From: Patescibacteria group bacterium
GTDB lineage: Bacteria > Patescibacteriota > Patescibacteriia > Patescibacteriales > UBA12075
Length of the DNA: 64,000 bases
Reading direction: 5' to 3'
NCBI GenBank assembly: GCA_018897195.1
Contig: JAHILH010000005.1
Location: 128,745-192,744 of the forward strand
Positions 43,883 through 54,897 of this stretch are shown in pieces (position 1 is the first letter of the stretch; each line of letters begins with the position of its first letter). The notes under the pieces were generated by a model. The model was not told where the DNA came from and made no database searches. It saw only the letters and a list, made by a program, of their open reading frames with translations. The position numbers were made by a program, and so were the translations under genes.

Positions 43883-45400
43883 TTAGCGTGCGTATTCAGT
43901 TACTTTCATTTCTCTAATCACGGTTACTTTAATTTCACCCGGGTATTTCAAGTCTGATTCAATCTTCTTGGCCACGTCACGAGCTAGGTCATGCGCTTGT
44001 AGGTCATTGATATCTTCTGGTGTTACAAACACTCTTACTTCACGTCCAGCTTGAATCGCGTAGGTTTTCTCAACGCCTGCAAAGCCATTAGCAATGTTTT
44101 CCAATTCTTCTAAGCGTTGCAAATATCTTTCATATGAATCGCTACGGGCGCCTGGGCGCGCTGAGGAGATGGCATCCGCTACTTTCACAATCACAGAGAT
44201 CAAACCTCTTGGCTTATCATCATGATGAGTTTCAATCGGATCAATAATCTCTTGTGGCAGACCGAACTTCTTGGCAATATCGCGACCGATTTCAGGATGA
44301 GTTCCCTTCACTTCGTGGTCAACTGCCTTACCAATATCATGTAAAAGACCACCTTTCTTCGCCAAAGTCACATCTGCTCCCAATTCCTCTGCAATCATCG
44401 CTGATAGGTGGGCCACTTCAAGTGAATGGCGCAAAGCATTTTGTCCATAACTGGAACGATATTTCAAGCGACCAATAACTTGTACCAATTTTGGATCGAA
44501 GCCAGTGACGCCGATTTCAAACAAAGCATCTTCGCCGGCTTTCTTGATATCCATTGCCAAACCTTTCTTCGCTTCTTCGATTGCTTCTTCAATCTTGGTT
44601 GGATGAATACGACCGTCAAGAATTAAATAATCCAAAGCGCGTTTCGCAATGTGACGACGAATACCAGAAAAACCAGAAATCGTAATTACATTTGGCGTAT
44701 CATCAACGACAATTTCCGTACCGGTCAATTGTTCGATCACTTTAATATTACGACCTTCACGACCGATGACGCGTCCCTTCATTTCATCACTCGGCAATTC
44801 TACTATCGTGGTAGTAATTTCCGGAGTAAACTTCGACACCAATCTCTGCATCGAGCTCGCCATAATTTCCTTGGCCTTCACTTCCCAAACGTCAGAGGCA
44901 TCATTTTCCAATTTGCGCATACGAGACAATAACTCATCCTGCACCTTTTCTTCAATATTCTTCAAAAGAATTTCTTTAGCCTCTTCATTGCTTAAACCAG
45001 CGATTTGTTGCAATTTATCTAGTTGCTCTTGTCTAATTTCTTTGATTTTCTCCTTAGCCTCTTCTACTTTAGCCACTTTGTCATAAAGACTTTGTTGCTT
45101 GCTTTCTAGTTCTAATAATTTTTGCGAGAATAGGTTTTCTCTTTTCTCTAAACGACCCTGTAGGTCATTCATATCCTGACGACGCTTTTTCTCATCTTGT
45201 TTAGCATCCTCAATAATCTTTAAGGCTTTTTCCTGAGCATGCAATAGCACCTCACTTTGTTTTGCCTTCGCCTCGGAAACAATTTTCTCAACATGCTCCT
45301 CGGCATTCTTCTGAGCGGTTGTTGCTTTTTGTTGACGAAACCAAGAGCCAACAAAAAAAGCACCCACAATCAGAACTACCGAAATTAAATATACTTCCAT
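43883..45400 (-). CDS. rny: Ribonuclease Y
   Basis: N-terminal TM, coiled coil, KH KGRVIGREGRNI, HD LLHDIGKA, AIQAGRE. Confidence 0.96.
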   Translation of the reverse strand: MEVYLISVVLIVGAFFVGSWFRQQKATTAQKNAEEHVEKIVSEAKAKQSEVLLHAQEKALKIIEDAKQDEKKRRQDMNDLQGRLEKRENLFSQKLLELESKQQSLYDKVAKVEEAKEKIKEIRQEQLDKLQQIAGLSNEEAKEILLKNIEEKVQDELLSRMRKLENDASDVWEVKAKEIMASSMQRLVSKFTPEITTTIVELPSDEMKGRVIGREGRNIKVIEQLTGTEIVVDDTPNVITISGFSGIRRHIAKRALDYLILDGRIHPTKIEEAIEEAKKGLAMDIKKAGEDALFEIGVTGFDPKLVQVIGRLKYRSSYGQNALRHSLEVAHLSAMIAEELGADVTLAKKGGLLHDIGKAVDHEVKGTHPEIGRDIAKKFGLPQEIIDPIETHHDDKPRGLISVIVKVADAISSARPGARSDSYERYLQRLEELENIANGFAGVEKTYAIQAGREVRVFVTPEDINDLQAHDLARDVAKKIESDLKYPGEIKVTVIREMKVTEYAR

Positions 45401-45411
45401 ATTCGATATTA

Positions 45412-45619
45412 TTCTATTGCTCGGGGGCTTTATCAGAAGAGATTAGGTTTATTTGAAGTCAAACAAAAATCACCAAAATATTATTTGGTTTGCATTTTTT
45501 TCAGTATTCTACCGTTGTTTTTGTTATTAAATGAAGTGTAATTTCTCATCATTTTTTTTCTAACTTTAAATACTTTTAACCCAATATACCACCGTTCTCG
45601 CCTCCCCTCACAATCAGAA
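45412..45619 (-). ncRNA. Candidate 6S RNA-like rod (or structured rny leader)
   Basis: Nested end-to-end pairing over ~208 nt; promoter TTTACA-17-TAGGAT at 45646-45674. Confidence 0.55.
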
Positions 45620-45811
45620 TTTATAAATTATTTATTTATAATCAAATCCTAACATAAAGATTTGTTCTTGTAAAGTTGCTAATCTTGACTAAATACCTAA
45701 TATAACTTAAAGTCTTTATATGCTCCTTTAAATAAAATTTATATGCGAAATTAAAAAACCATTATATCCTTAAACATCATCTTTATCAACCATAAACTTA
45801 AAGGATAAACC

Positions 45812-46081
45812 ATGTCTTATTCAGAATTGGGTGAGGTAGTGGCACAAGTATGTGGCGGAAAACCGTGGAGTGATTGCTGGTGTGGCGCAAAGGAGAGGAG
45901 TGGTGGTTGTCGCAATTGTCAAACTTATCAGCTCATGTATGGCCTTGGACCGACTTGTGGCGATGACGGAAAACCAACAAAATACATAGCATCGCGAAAC
46001 GGTTCTTTTACTATCACAGATGAAGAATTAATAAAATTAGTAGAAACTCAGAAAAGGATGAAAACGAAGGGATATAAATAA
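45812..46081 (+). CDS. Small Cys-rich hypothetical protein
   Basis: AAGGA SD, 6 Cys, terminator at 46093-46122. Confidence 0.6.
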   Translation: MSYSELGEVVAQVCGGKPWSDCWCGAKERSGGCRNCQTYQLMYGLGPTCGDDGKPTKYIASRNGSFTITDEELIKLVETQKRMKTKGYK

Positions 46082-46133
46082 ATTGCAAACCAAAAAGCCG
46101 ATCATTATGACCGGCTTTTTTTAATTCGTATTT

Positions 46134-47912
46134 TTAAAAACTGCCCAAGTAATCCCGTTTTGGCAATTCTCTTTTCTTCGGACGATTGACATTGGTCAAA
46201 CAAATATCACATTTCTCACAAACAGCCGCGTCTTTATCGCCAAAATAATTCAAAATATATTTTTGCCGACATTGGTAGGAATGGACATAGCTTTCCATTT
46301 TGTCTAATTTTTCGTAAGCACGGTCTTTTTTCTCTTTCATTGCCGTAGTATCTATATCAATTTCGTAGGGATCCATTCTTTTCAGAATCTTGATCTCCGT
46401 ACCTCGAAAAGGTGGGGTGTATTCCATGATTCCCAGTTCGGTCATTTTTTTGATAAATCTAGTTAAAGCGTCTTTTTTGATTTCCAAAAAATCTGCCATT
46501 TCTACGATGCTGATTTCCGCGCCCTCTTTTAAATCATCTTGATATTTTGCGCGAATCTTCTGAAACATTTCTAACGGCTTTTTTGAGCGCGTGCCAAATC
46601 GTTTCAAGGCCTCTTCGTCTTCGACTAATAATTTAAAATACGCATTAGTTTGTTTTTCTTTTGATTTAAAAATCAGACCTTCTTTTTCCAAAATCTTAAT
46701 ACTTGTGCCCACCGCCATTTCCGGCATATTTTCGGATAACATCTTTCCTAGTTCGCTATATGTAATCAAAACCGAATCAGTTTCGTGATTTAATAAGACA
46801 CTGTAAATTTCTGAGATCATATTTACGGGCGGATTGTCGCCTTTGATAAAAAATTCGTGCAGATGTCGATCGCGTGAGTTATAAAGAAGTAAACAAAAAC
46901 TTGGCTTGCCGTCTCGTCCGGCTCGACCCGCTTCTTGATAATAAGCCTCGACGGTGCCAGGCATATCATAATGAATCACAAAACGCGTATCCGACTTGTC
47001 AATTCCCAAACCAAAAGCATTTGTCGCCACAATCACCTTTGTTGAGCCAGTCATGAAACCATCCTGCACCATCTTGCGCTCTGCTGCTTCCATGCCCGCA
47101 TGATAACCTGCCGCGTCAATATCATTTTCTAATAAAGCCTGGACCACTGCATCCGCGCGTGCTCGCGTACTCACATAAACAATCCCCACGCCCTCAGTTA
47201 AATTCATCGCCGCATCAATAACATATTGCGTCTTTTCACCCTCACTCGCCTTCGCCACGCCAAATTGCAAATTCGGGCGCGCAAACCCAGTCACAATCAT
47301 CTCCGGATCAGTCAATCCCAATTGCTTCACAATATCGCCCTTCACCTCTGGCGTCGCCGTCGCCGTCAAAGCCACCACGGTCGGATGATTCATCAGTTCA
47401 ATAGCCCTTTGCAAACGCGTATAGCTCGGACGGAAATCATGTCCCCACTGACTAATACAGTGCGCTTCATCAATCGCAAACAAAGATACTTTAATTTCCG
47501 ACAAAGCCTTCACAAAAGCCTGATCATAAAAACGCTCCGGGGCAATATACAAAAGTTTTATAAATCCTTGCTTAATATCATCCAATCGTTTCAAACTCTC
47601 CGCCTGGTTAATCGTCGAATTAATAAAAGTCGCCGGAATCCCGACCGTCTGCAAACTATCGACCTGGTCTTTCATCAAAGAAATAAGAGGAGACACCACA
47701 ATCGTCGCGCCCTCCAAAACCAAAGCCGGTAATTGATAAATCAAAGACTTACCCCCACCAGTCGGCATAATCACAATCGTATTCTTCCCCTGCAAAATAG
47801 CATCAATCGCCTTTTCTTGACCCGGACGAAATTTATCAAAACCATAGTGTAACTTCAAAAGCTCTTGCACTTGTTGTTTGTTATTTTTAAATTGAGTACT
47901 TGTTTCTTGCAT
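46134..47912 (-). CDS. recQ: RecQ family DNA helicase
   Basis: [39 protein letters not shown]-terminal Zn site. Confidence 0.93.
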   Translation of the reverse strand: MQETSTQFKNNKQQVQELLKLHYGFDKFRPGQEKAIDAILQGKNTIVIMPTGGGKSLIYQLPALVLEGATIVVSPLISLMKDQVDSLQTVGIPATFINSTINQAESLKRLDDIKQGFIKLLYIAPERFYDQAFVKALSEIKVSLFAIDEAHCISQWGHDFRPSYTRLQRAIELMNHPTVVALTATATPEVKGDIVKQLGLTDPEMIVTGFARPNLQFGVAKASEGEKTQYVIDAAMNLTEGVGIVYVSTRARADAVVQALLENDIDAAGYHAGMEAAERKMVQDGFMTGSTKVIVATNAFGLGIDKSDTRFVIHYDMPGTVEAYYQEAGRAGRDGKPSFCLLLYNSRDRHLHEFFIKGDNPPVNMISEIYSVLLNHETDSVLITYSELGKMLSENMPEMAVGTSIKILEKEGLIFKSKEKQTNAYFKLLVEDEEALKRFGTRSKKPLEMFQKIRAKYQDDLKEGAEISIVEMADFLEIKKDALTRFIKKMTELGIMEYTPPFRGTEIKILKRMDPYEIDIDTTAMKEKKDRAYEKLDKMESYVHSYQCRQKYILNYFGDKDAAVCEKCDICLTNVNRPKKRELPKRDYLGSF

Positions 47913-47954
47913 TTTTACAATTTAGCAAGAATCGTGGTTAAAGTCAAAATAATA

Positions 47955-48029
47955 TGTCATTCTGGAACGAAGCGTAGGCGGAGTGATAGAATCTTCGCAT
48001 TTTTTCCCTCTCCTGCCGGGGCGAGGGAG
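47955..48029. repeat. Family C palindrome half plus truncated family A copy
   Basis: TGTCATTCTGGA...GATAGAATCT, then CCCTCTCC..GGGGCGAGGGAG. Confidence 0.7.
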
Positions 48030-48098
48030 TATAATAACCATATATTTTCTAAATAAAAAAATCCCCAAGTCTTTTCAACTTAGGGATTAACGAAGATT

Positions 48099-48911
48099 TC
48101 ACAAATCTTGAAAAATGCTTTTTCCAAGCGTGTGTCTATATTCAGGCCACGGGTCAAATTTTTCTTCAGCACCGAGAATAATAAATTCTTCACCGCAGGG
48201 ATAATGACACATCAACTTGACATTGCCGGACTCATCTATATCATGACGCGAAACATTTCTTTTTCCACTACACCTTGGGCATTCAATTTCAACAAACAAA
48301 ACTGGAAAATGAGGCTTGCCATCCCTGAATGGATATTTAGGAAATGATCCCTCTTTTAAGTTCATGAAATTAAAATTCTCGTGATTAATATGATTTGCCA
48401 TATTAATTATTGTGCCCATCTCATAGTTCGGAAAAATACCAGACGGTAAATCGTAACCCAACACTCTTTGAATAAAAGAGGCTAATCTGCTTGCTCCGGC
48501 AGACGGCGCATCCATATTCAGAGATATATCGGCTGCATAACTGGATTTTACAATTTCTAAATCCGTGCCGCCACCCCATACTATGGGATAAACAATAATT
48601 TTTCCCTCTTTTTTTACTTCGCTAACAAATTGCATTACTTCTTCTACATTCTGAGCAGGTGCCCCCGACAATATTAAAAATATTGCGACAAGATTTTCTG
48701 AACCTGTGAGCATCTCTTCGACGTGGCGCTTAACAGTATCCAAAACTTCGTTAAAATCAAGACACTTTTCGCCAGAATAATCAAAATACATTGGAGCATA
48801 GCCATTTGCGTTGTATTCATTACCAAATTCATCAAAGTCACGATGAACCATGGATCGCGAACCAAGCAATAAAGGCAATGCCAATACTTTCTCACTCTCA
48901 CTATTTTCCAT
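48099..48911 (-). CDS. Hypothetical protein with C-terminal Zn ribbon
   Basis: GGAGG SD before MENSES; CPRC...CHYPC. Confidence 0.65.
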   Translation of the reverse strand: MENSESEKVLALPLLLGSRSMVHRDFDEFGNEYNANGYAPMYFDYSGEKCLDFNEVLDTVKRHVEEMLTGSENLVAIFLILSGAPAQNVEEVMQFVSEVKKEGKIIVYPIVWGGGTDLEIVKSSYAADISLNMDAPSAGASRLASFIQRVLGYDLPSGIFPNYEMGTIINMANHINHENFNFMNLKEGSFPKYPFRDGKPHFPVLFVEIECPRCSGKRNVSRHDIDESGNVKLMCHYPCGEEFIILGAEEKFDPWPEYRHTLGKSIFQDL

Positions 48912-49005
48912 TTTTTCCTCCAAAGATCTTTATTATTGATAAAATGAGCAATGTTTTAATTAAATGAAATATACCCACTATATATCAAAAAGTCAAGCTA
49001 TAGTC

Positions 49006-49125
49006 TGTCATTCTGGAAGGAGTGAAACGACTGATAGAATCTTCCGATGTTTAAAAGTAGAATATTTTATAATCTTTCTTTTTTTTAAACAGTTGAAGAT
49101 TCTATCGCTTCGCTCCAGAATGACA
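49006..49125. repeat. Family C inverted palindrome pair
   Basis: TGTCATTCTGGA..GATAGAATCTTC ... GAAGATTCTATC..TCCAGAATGACA. Confidence 0.8.
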
Positions 49126-49176
49126 AACAAAAAATCCCCATTCATTACAAACAGGGATTTTAAAATCTTCAATTAT

Positions 49177-50019
49177 CTATTTCTTATTCCTCTTATACAA
49201 CTCCACCACATTCCGAAACAACATCGCAATCGTCATCGGACCGACACCGCCCGGCACTGGCGTAATAAAACCGATCTTGTCCTGGACATCGATAAAGTCC
49301 ACATCGCCGTAAACATGTTTCATTTTTTTCTCAATCCCGATATCAATCACCACCACATCCTCCTTAATCATTTCTTTCTTAATAAAATTCGCCCTGCCAA
49401 TCGCCGTAATCAAAACATCGGCTTGAGTTGTCGCCGCTGACAAATCTGCATCATCTGCTTTTTTCACGACCACCTTCGCCCCAAGACGTTCTAAAATTTT
49501 CGCTAAATTATTACCAAAGATATCTGAATTACCAACGATGCAAACATTTTTACCATTCAAGTCATATTTAATACTTTCCAACATTTCTACAACCACCGCA
49601 AAAACTGGTGACACCACCTTTTGACTTTCCAAATTATCCGGATGAAAGCCGTCTACATCCTTAGCCGGGTCGATCGCCTTGATTATCTTATCTGCATCAA
49701 AACCATCAGGCAAAGGCAACTGCACCAAAATCGCATCCACCTCTTCATCTTTATTCAAAAACTCAATCATCTGCAAAATATCCGCCTCGGGCACACTCGC
49801 ATCCATCTTGTATGTATGAGTATCAATCCCCACCTTCTTCGCCTCCTGCTCTTTCAAGCGCACATAAATCTTTGAATCTTCTCTTTCGCCCACCAAAATA
49901 ATCGCCAAACTCGGTCGGCGTTCGACCAATTTAGAAGCCTGGCAAAGCGCCTCGATATCTAAAACGATCTGATCCTTAATTTTCTCAGCCAACACTCGGC
50001 CGTTTATTATTTTTGACAT
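49177..50019 (-). CDS. folD: Methylene-THF dehydrogenase/cyclohydrolase
   Basis: YV..K, ILVQLPLP, KDVDGFHP, TPVPGGVGPMT. Confidence 0.96.
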   Translation of the reverse strand: MSKIINGRVLAEKIKDQIVLDIEALCQASKLVERRPSLAIILVGEREDSKIYVRLKEQEAKKVGIDTHTYKMDASVPEADILQMIEFLNKDEEVDAILVQLPLPDGFDADKIIKAIDPAKDVDGFHPDNLESQKVVSPVFAVVVEMLESIKYDLNGKNVCIVGNSDIFGNNLAKILERLGAKVVVKKADDADLSAATTQADVLITAIGRANFIKKEMIKEDVVVIDIGIEKKMKHVYGDVDFIDVQDKIGFITPVPGGVGPMTIAMLFRNVVELYKRNKK

Positions 50020-50134
50020 ATATATAAATAATGTATTAATTACTGAAAATCGTACCAGTTAAAAGTGATTTTGTCAAAAACACAAAAAGCCACTCCTGCA
50101 GGGAATGGCTTTTTTAAATTTTCAGTTTGCACTT

Positions 50135-51373
50135 TTAAATTTTAAATTGTTCACACATCCCCTTCACTTCTTTCTTAATCTTACTCAAAACACTCTCATC
50201 TTCCCGATTCTCAATCGCTTTCACAATCAATCCCGCTACCACGCGCACATCATCCTCTTTCATGCCTCGTGTAGTAATCGCCGCTGTTCCAAAACGTACT
50301 CCCGATGGATTCATCGGCGGATTCGGATCATTAGGAATTGTTGAACGACTAACTGAGATACCAACTTTATCAAGCGCTACTTCCGCTTCTTTACCAGCTA
50401 AGCCCTTGCTCGTCATGTCAACGACGATCAAGTGATTATCGGTTCCACCAGACATTACGCGGAAGCCAGCTTTGATCATTTCTTCGGATAAGGTTTGTGC
50501 ATTCACAATTACTTGCTTGGCATATTCTTTAAACTCTGGTTGTAGCGCCTCACCAAAAGCCACTGCCTTTGCTGCATTAATGTGATCATGGGGTCCGCCT
50601 TGCATACCTGGAAAAACTGCCTTATCAATTTGTTTCGCAAATTGTTCTTTACACATAATCATCGCCCCGCGTGGTCCACGCAAAGTTTTGTGAGTAGTAG
50701 TTGAGACTACATCGAAGATCGGCACTGGATTTTCCATCTGTCCACCCGCAATCAAACCAGCCGTATGGGCAATATCCGCAAAAGTAAAAGCGCCAACTTC
50801 GTCCGCAATCTCTTTAAACTTCTGCCATTCAATCTCGCGTGAATAAGCCGAGTAACCAGCGACAATCATTTTTGGTTTTTCCCGCAACGCAATCTCACGC
50901 ACTGCTTCCATATCAATCTTACCAGTCGTCGCATCCACTTCATATTGCACAAAATTATAAAGCATGCCCGAGAAATTCACAGGATGACCATGAGACAAAT
51001 GTCCGCCGTGATCCAATTTCAATCCCAAGACTTTATCGCCCGGTTTTAGAAAAGCAAAATACACTGCCGCATTCGCCGGCGACCCAGACAAAGCCTGCAC
51101 ATTCACATGCTCAGCGCCAAAAAGTTTCTTTGCTCGCTCAATCGCAATATTCTCCACCTCATCAATACACTTATTACCACCATAATATCTCTTACCCGGA
51201 TAACCTTCACTATACTTATTCGTCAGCACTGTTCCCATCGCCTCCAAGACCGCCTGTGAGACATAATTCTCGCTAGCAATCATTTCCAATTCGTCCCGCT
51301 GACGCTCCGCTTCGTGCTCACACGCTGCAAAAACTTCTGGATCATTTTTTTGTAGATTTTGATAAGTTGGCAT
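50135..51373 (-). CDS. glyA: Serine hydroxymethyltransferase
   Basis: IASEN, NKYSEGYPGKRYYGG, GGHLSHG, TTTHKTLRGPRG. Confidence 0.97.
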   Translation of the reverse strand: MPTYQNLQKNDPEVFAACEHEAERQRDELEMIASENYVSQAVLEAMGTVLTNKYSEGYPGKRYYGGNKCIDEVENIAIERAKKLFGAEHVNVQALSGSPANAAVYFAFLKPGDKVLGLKLDHGGHLSHGHPVNFSGMLYNFVQYEVDATTGKIDMEAVREIALREKPKMIVAGYSAYSREIEWQKFKEIADEVGAFTFADIAHTAGLIAGGQMENPVPIFDVVSTTTHKTLRGPRGAMIMCKEQFAKQIDKAVFPGMQGGPHDHINAAKAVAFGEALQPEFKEYAKQVIVNAQTLSEEMIKAGFRVMSGGTDNHLIVVDMTSKGLAGKEAEVALDKVGISVSRSTIPNDPNPPMNPSGVRFGTAAITTRGMKEDDVRVVAGLIVKAIENREDESVLSKIKKEVKGMCEQFKI

Positions 51374-51534
51374 AAAATTAATTATTTTAAAAATTTATTT
51401 AAATCTAACTTAATCTTAACGATATTTCTAATATTAATCAAGTGAAATTAAATTGACAGACTTTTTGCCAAATTGAAAATAAAATTGTATAATAAAATCT
51501 CCATTTAATAAAATTTATACAAGTATAAACATCT

Positions 51535-53025
51535 ATGACTAATAATGAGCAAAATTTTGATGAGAAGGCGACAAGTAGTGAACCGTCTCAAGAAAAAGTA
51601 ATTAAAAAATCCAAAAAATTAAAAAATATTACCAAATTCTTCATCTACTTATCAGTTTTTTTTGTAACCGTTGGGATTGTTTTTTCCAGCCAAGTTTTGA
51701 TGTCGGAAAAAGGCACTGGCTCTTGGTTTTCCAGCTTACCGATGGTTAAGCAAATCAAACAATTAGCCGAAAGCGCTAATCGTGAATTAAAAGGTGAAAA
51801 AAATGATCGTATCAATATCCTCCTCCTTGGCATCGGTGGCAAAAATCACAGTGGCGGTCTTTTAACTGACACAATCATGTTAAACAGCATCCAACCATCA
51901 ACCAATAAAGTTTCCATGATTTCCATTCCTCGCGACCTGGTTGTACCGATTGAAAATATGGGTTGGAAAAAAATCAACTCCATTAATGCCTACGCCGAAC
52001 AAGATAAAAAAGGTAGCGGTGGTTTGGCGACCTGTCAAGCTATTGGCGATATTTTAAACCTACCAATTGATTACTATGTCCGTGTTGACTTTCAAGGCTT
52101 TATTAATGTCGTTGACAAAATCGGAGGCGTCACTATTGACGTTGAGAATACTTTTGACGATTATTCTTATCCAGTTCTTGGTAATGAGGACGCAGCCAAT
52201 TATGCTTCTCGCTATGAACACCTGCATTTTGACAAAGGCATCCAAACCATGGATGGCAGTCTTGCTTTGAAATATGCCCGTTCTCGTCACGGTTATGGCG
52301 TTGAAGGTTCTGATTTTGCCCGTGCTAAAAGACAACAAAAAATCATCGCTGCTGTCAAAGAAAAAGTTCTATCCAAAGACATGCTATTTAAACCAATGAC
52401 CATTGTGGATATCATCAATGAACTAAGTGATCACATCGATACCAATTTAAAAGTCTGGGAAATTCTTAAATTCTGGGATATGGCCAAAGAGATTGACTCC
52501 AGCAATATGAAAAGCAGTGTCATTGATAACGGCCCTAACGGCCTACTGATTAACGGCCGAGGTGAAAGCGGCGCTTATATCCTTGAACCAAGAAGTGGCG
52601 ACTTTAAAGAGATTCAATATTTTGCCAACAACATCTTCAATGACATGCCAACTGAAATAACTGATACAATTATCAAGGACAACGCCAAGGTGGAGGTTTA
52701 CAACGGCACTTGGATCAACGGTCTCGCTTCTGAAAAAGCGCAAGACATTGAAAAATACGGCTTTAAGGTTATTAAACTCGGCAACAGTGGGAAACAAAAT
52801 TTCCAAAAATCCGTTATCTACGATTTAACCTTTGGAGAAAAAGAAGAATCCCTAAAAATTCTTAAAGAAAAAACTGGCGCCAATGTCGCCCTTGGTTTGC
52901 CAGAGTGGCTAGTTGAAGACATCAACCAAAAAACCAAAGAAGAACAAGAACAACCAGACTTCATCCTCGTCATCGGTCAAGATGCTGACAAAACCAAATC
53001 TGGAACTGTTAACCCGGTACAATAA
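51535..53025 (+). CDS. LCP (LytR-CpsA-Psr) family protein with LytR C-terminal domain
   Basis: NILLLG, TDTIM, SIPRD, KINS, YARSR..SDFARAKRQQ, VEVYNGT..GLA. Confidence 0.92.
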   Translation: MTNNEQNFDEKATSSEPSQEKVIKKSKKLKNITKFFIYLSVFFVTVGIVFSSQVLMSEKGTGSWFSSLPMVKQIKQLAESANRELKGEKNDRINILLLGIGGKNHSGGLLTDTIMLNSIQPSTNKVSMISIPRDLVVPIENMGWKKINSINAYAEQDKKGSGGLATCQAIGDILNLPIDYYVRVDFQGFINVVDKIGGVTIDVENTFDDYSYPVLGNEDAANYASRYEHLHFDKGIQTMDGSLALKYARSRHGYGVEGSDFARAKRQQKIIAAVKEKVLSKDMLFKPMTIVDIINELSDHIDTNLKVWEILKFWDMAKEIDSSNMKSSVIDNGPNGLLINGRGESGAYILEPRSGDFKEIQYFANNIFNDMPTEITDTIIKDNAKVEVYNGTWINGLASEKAQDIEKYGFKVIKLGNSGKQNFQKSVIYDLTFGEKEESLKILKEKTGANVALGLPEWLVEDINQKTKEEQEQPDFILVIGQDADKTKSGTVNPVQ

Positions 53026-53034
53026 ACTTCCTCC

Positions 53035-53210
53035 GTCATCCCCGCGAAGGCGGGGATCCAGGTTCCACGGTAGATGAATTAAAAAATTATAGTAATTTAT
53101 CTCAAAAAAAGATTGTCTATACAAATAGACAATCTTTTTTTTATTTTAACTCGTTTAGTTCTAAAAAAGGAATTCGAGGTGCCTGGATTCCCGCCTTCGC
53201 GGGAATGACG
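53035..53210. repeat. Family B inverted palindrome pair flanking a terminator
   Basis: GTCATCCCCGCGAAGGCGGGGATCCAGG (53035-53062) and CCTGGATTCCCGCCTTCGCGGGAATGACG (53182-53210). Confidence 0.85.
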
Positions 53211-53216
53211 AAAGTA

Positions 53217-54815
53217 CTAAATATTTTTCACCATATAAGTATCTTTCAATTTATATCCCAACTTCCGATAATATCCACGCACTCCCACTCCGGAAATAAT
53301 CGCCATTTTTTGACAACCACTCTCCTTGGCTATTTTCTCCGCCGTTAAAATCAATTGCTTACCCAAGCCGGTATGCTGAACTTTTGTTTCCGCTCCCACG
53401 GACACTAATTCTCCATACACATGCAGCTCTCGAATAATTGCCGCCTTGTCCAAAGTCGGAATCACGCCAATTGCTTCGGAAATATACAAACGACAAAAAC
53501 CATAAAGTGTTTTTTTATCAAGCGAATCAATGCTTAAGAAATATTCTTGACCAGTTCCGGCTTCGTAATTAATAACTGATGATTGATATTTAGTTACTAG
53601 TGCGTCTTTTGCCTCGCGACAACGAATACAGTTGCACTGCAATCCCTTATCTTTCATAATCTGGCGCAAATTCGTAATACGATTTCCTGCAATAATTGAT
53701 TCTCCAGGAATATCGCGAATCAAACGAATCACGCGCACGTATTTTGGTACCACTGCCTTGCAATCAATAATTAATTGTTGCAATTCTTCATCTTCATATG
53801 GCTTATATTTTCCTTGCTTCCACCAACGATACATCAGGCTACCTTTCGTCACGACGGTTGGATAAAATTTAATCTGATCTGGTTGAAAACGCGCATCGGT
53901 AAATAATTGTTTAAACATTTCCAAGTCGCGCTTTGAGGTCGCTCCCGGCAAACCAGGCATCAGGTGATAAGTAATCTTAAAACCGAAACCACGCAACAGC
54001 GCCGTTGCCTCCGCAATCGCCGCCACACCATGACCGCGTTTATTTTTTTTCAAAATTTCATCATCAATTGCCTGCACTCCCAACTCTACCCGCGTACAAC
54101 CAAGCTCCCGCATTTCCAAAAGTTCTTTTTGATTAATATAATCTGGACGAGTTTCTAATGTAATGCCAATCAAATTATATTTCGCTTTTTCATTTCGTTT
54201 CTGTTCTCGATACAAATCCTCTTTAACCTTATCAATTTTTAAATTTTCTTTATACGTTTGTTTTTTATGCTTTTCAATTTTCAACTGAAAATCATTGGCC
54301 GCTCGAAAACATTCGGCAATATACCAAAACTTATAATTCGTCGGCAAGACTGACCACGTCCCTCCAATCACAATCAACTCAATCTTCGTCGGCTCATGTC
54401 CATTCGCTTCCAGGGCGCGCAAACGATCCTGTACTTGCACATAGGGATGGTAATCGCAGCGAATCGCCCGCATCACCGCCGGTTCATTTGAGAGATAACT
54501 CTGTGGCACATCTTTTTCAGTCGGACAAAAAGCACAATTACCAGGGCAAGGAAAAGGCTTGGTTAAAACCGCCACTGGCGCAATTCCCGACATAGTGCGC
54601 ACACCCCGCTTCCGCAAAACCTTATCCAAAATATCTGATTTTTTTATTTTACCAGCCACTATCATTTCACGATAAACCTCCAAGACTTGTGAGTTCGCAA
54701 AAATCGGCAAACCATACTTAGTCGCCGCATCTCTTTTTGCCAACATCAAATCAGCCGCAGTTTTAATCGGCTTTTTTAAAATCTCAGTAATCGCTTTTCG
54801 TTGTTGCTCATTCAT
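53217..54815 (-). CDS. elp3: Elp3-type tRNA U34 acetyltransferase (radical SAM + KAT)
   Basis: RT.SG, CPGNCAFC, PQSY, GGT, ETRPD, K.YPT, RELHVYG, QH.GLG, ISGVGVR.YYRKLGY. Confidence 0.92.
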   Translation of the reverse strand: MNEQQRKAITEILKKPIKTAADLMLAKRDAATKYGLPIFANSQVLEVYREMIVAGKIKKSDILDKVLRKRGVRTMSGIAPVAVLTKPFPCPGNCAFCPTEKDVPQSYLSNEPAVMRAIRCDYHPYVQVQDRLRALEANGHEPTKIELIVIGGTWSVLPTNYKFWYIAECFRAANDFQLKIEKHKKQTYKENLKIDKVKEDLYREQKRNEKAKYNLIGITLETRPDYINQKELLEMRELGCTRVELGVQAIDDEILKKNKRGHGVAAIAEATALLRGFGFKITYHLMPGLPGATSKRDLEMFKQLFTDARFQPDQIKFYPTVVTKGSLMYRWWKQGKYKPYEDEELQQLIIDCKAVVPKYVRVIRLIRDIPGESIIAGNRITNLRQIMKDKGLQCNCIRCREAKDALVTKYQSSVINYEAGTGQEYFLSIDSLDKKTLYGFCRLYISEAIGVIPTLDKAAIIRELHVYGELVSVGAETKVQHTGLGKQLILTAEKIAKESGCQKMAIISGVGVRGYYRKLGYKLKDTYMVKNI

Positions 54816-54897
54816 AACTCTAACTTACAATAAATATGTGATTTCTGCAAATATAAAAGCGGTTTCATCCAGAAACCGCTCGTTAATAATTCAAACA

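Noticed and set aside
48964..49440. 158-aa plus-strand ORF and similar short antisense ORFs in the track
   Set aside because: Runs through family C repeats and antisense to folD; shadow frames of real genes
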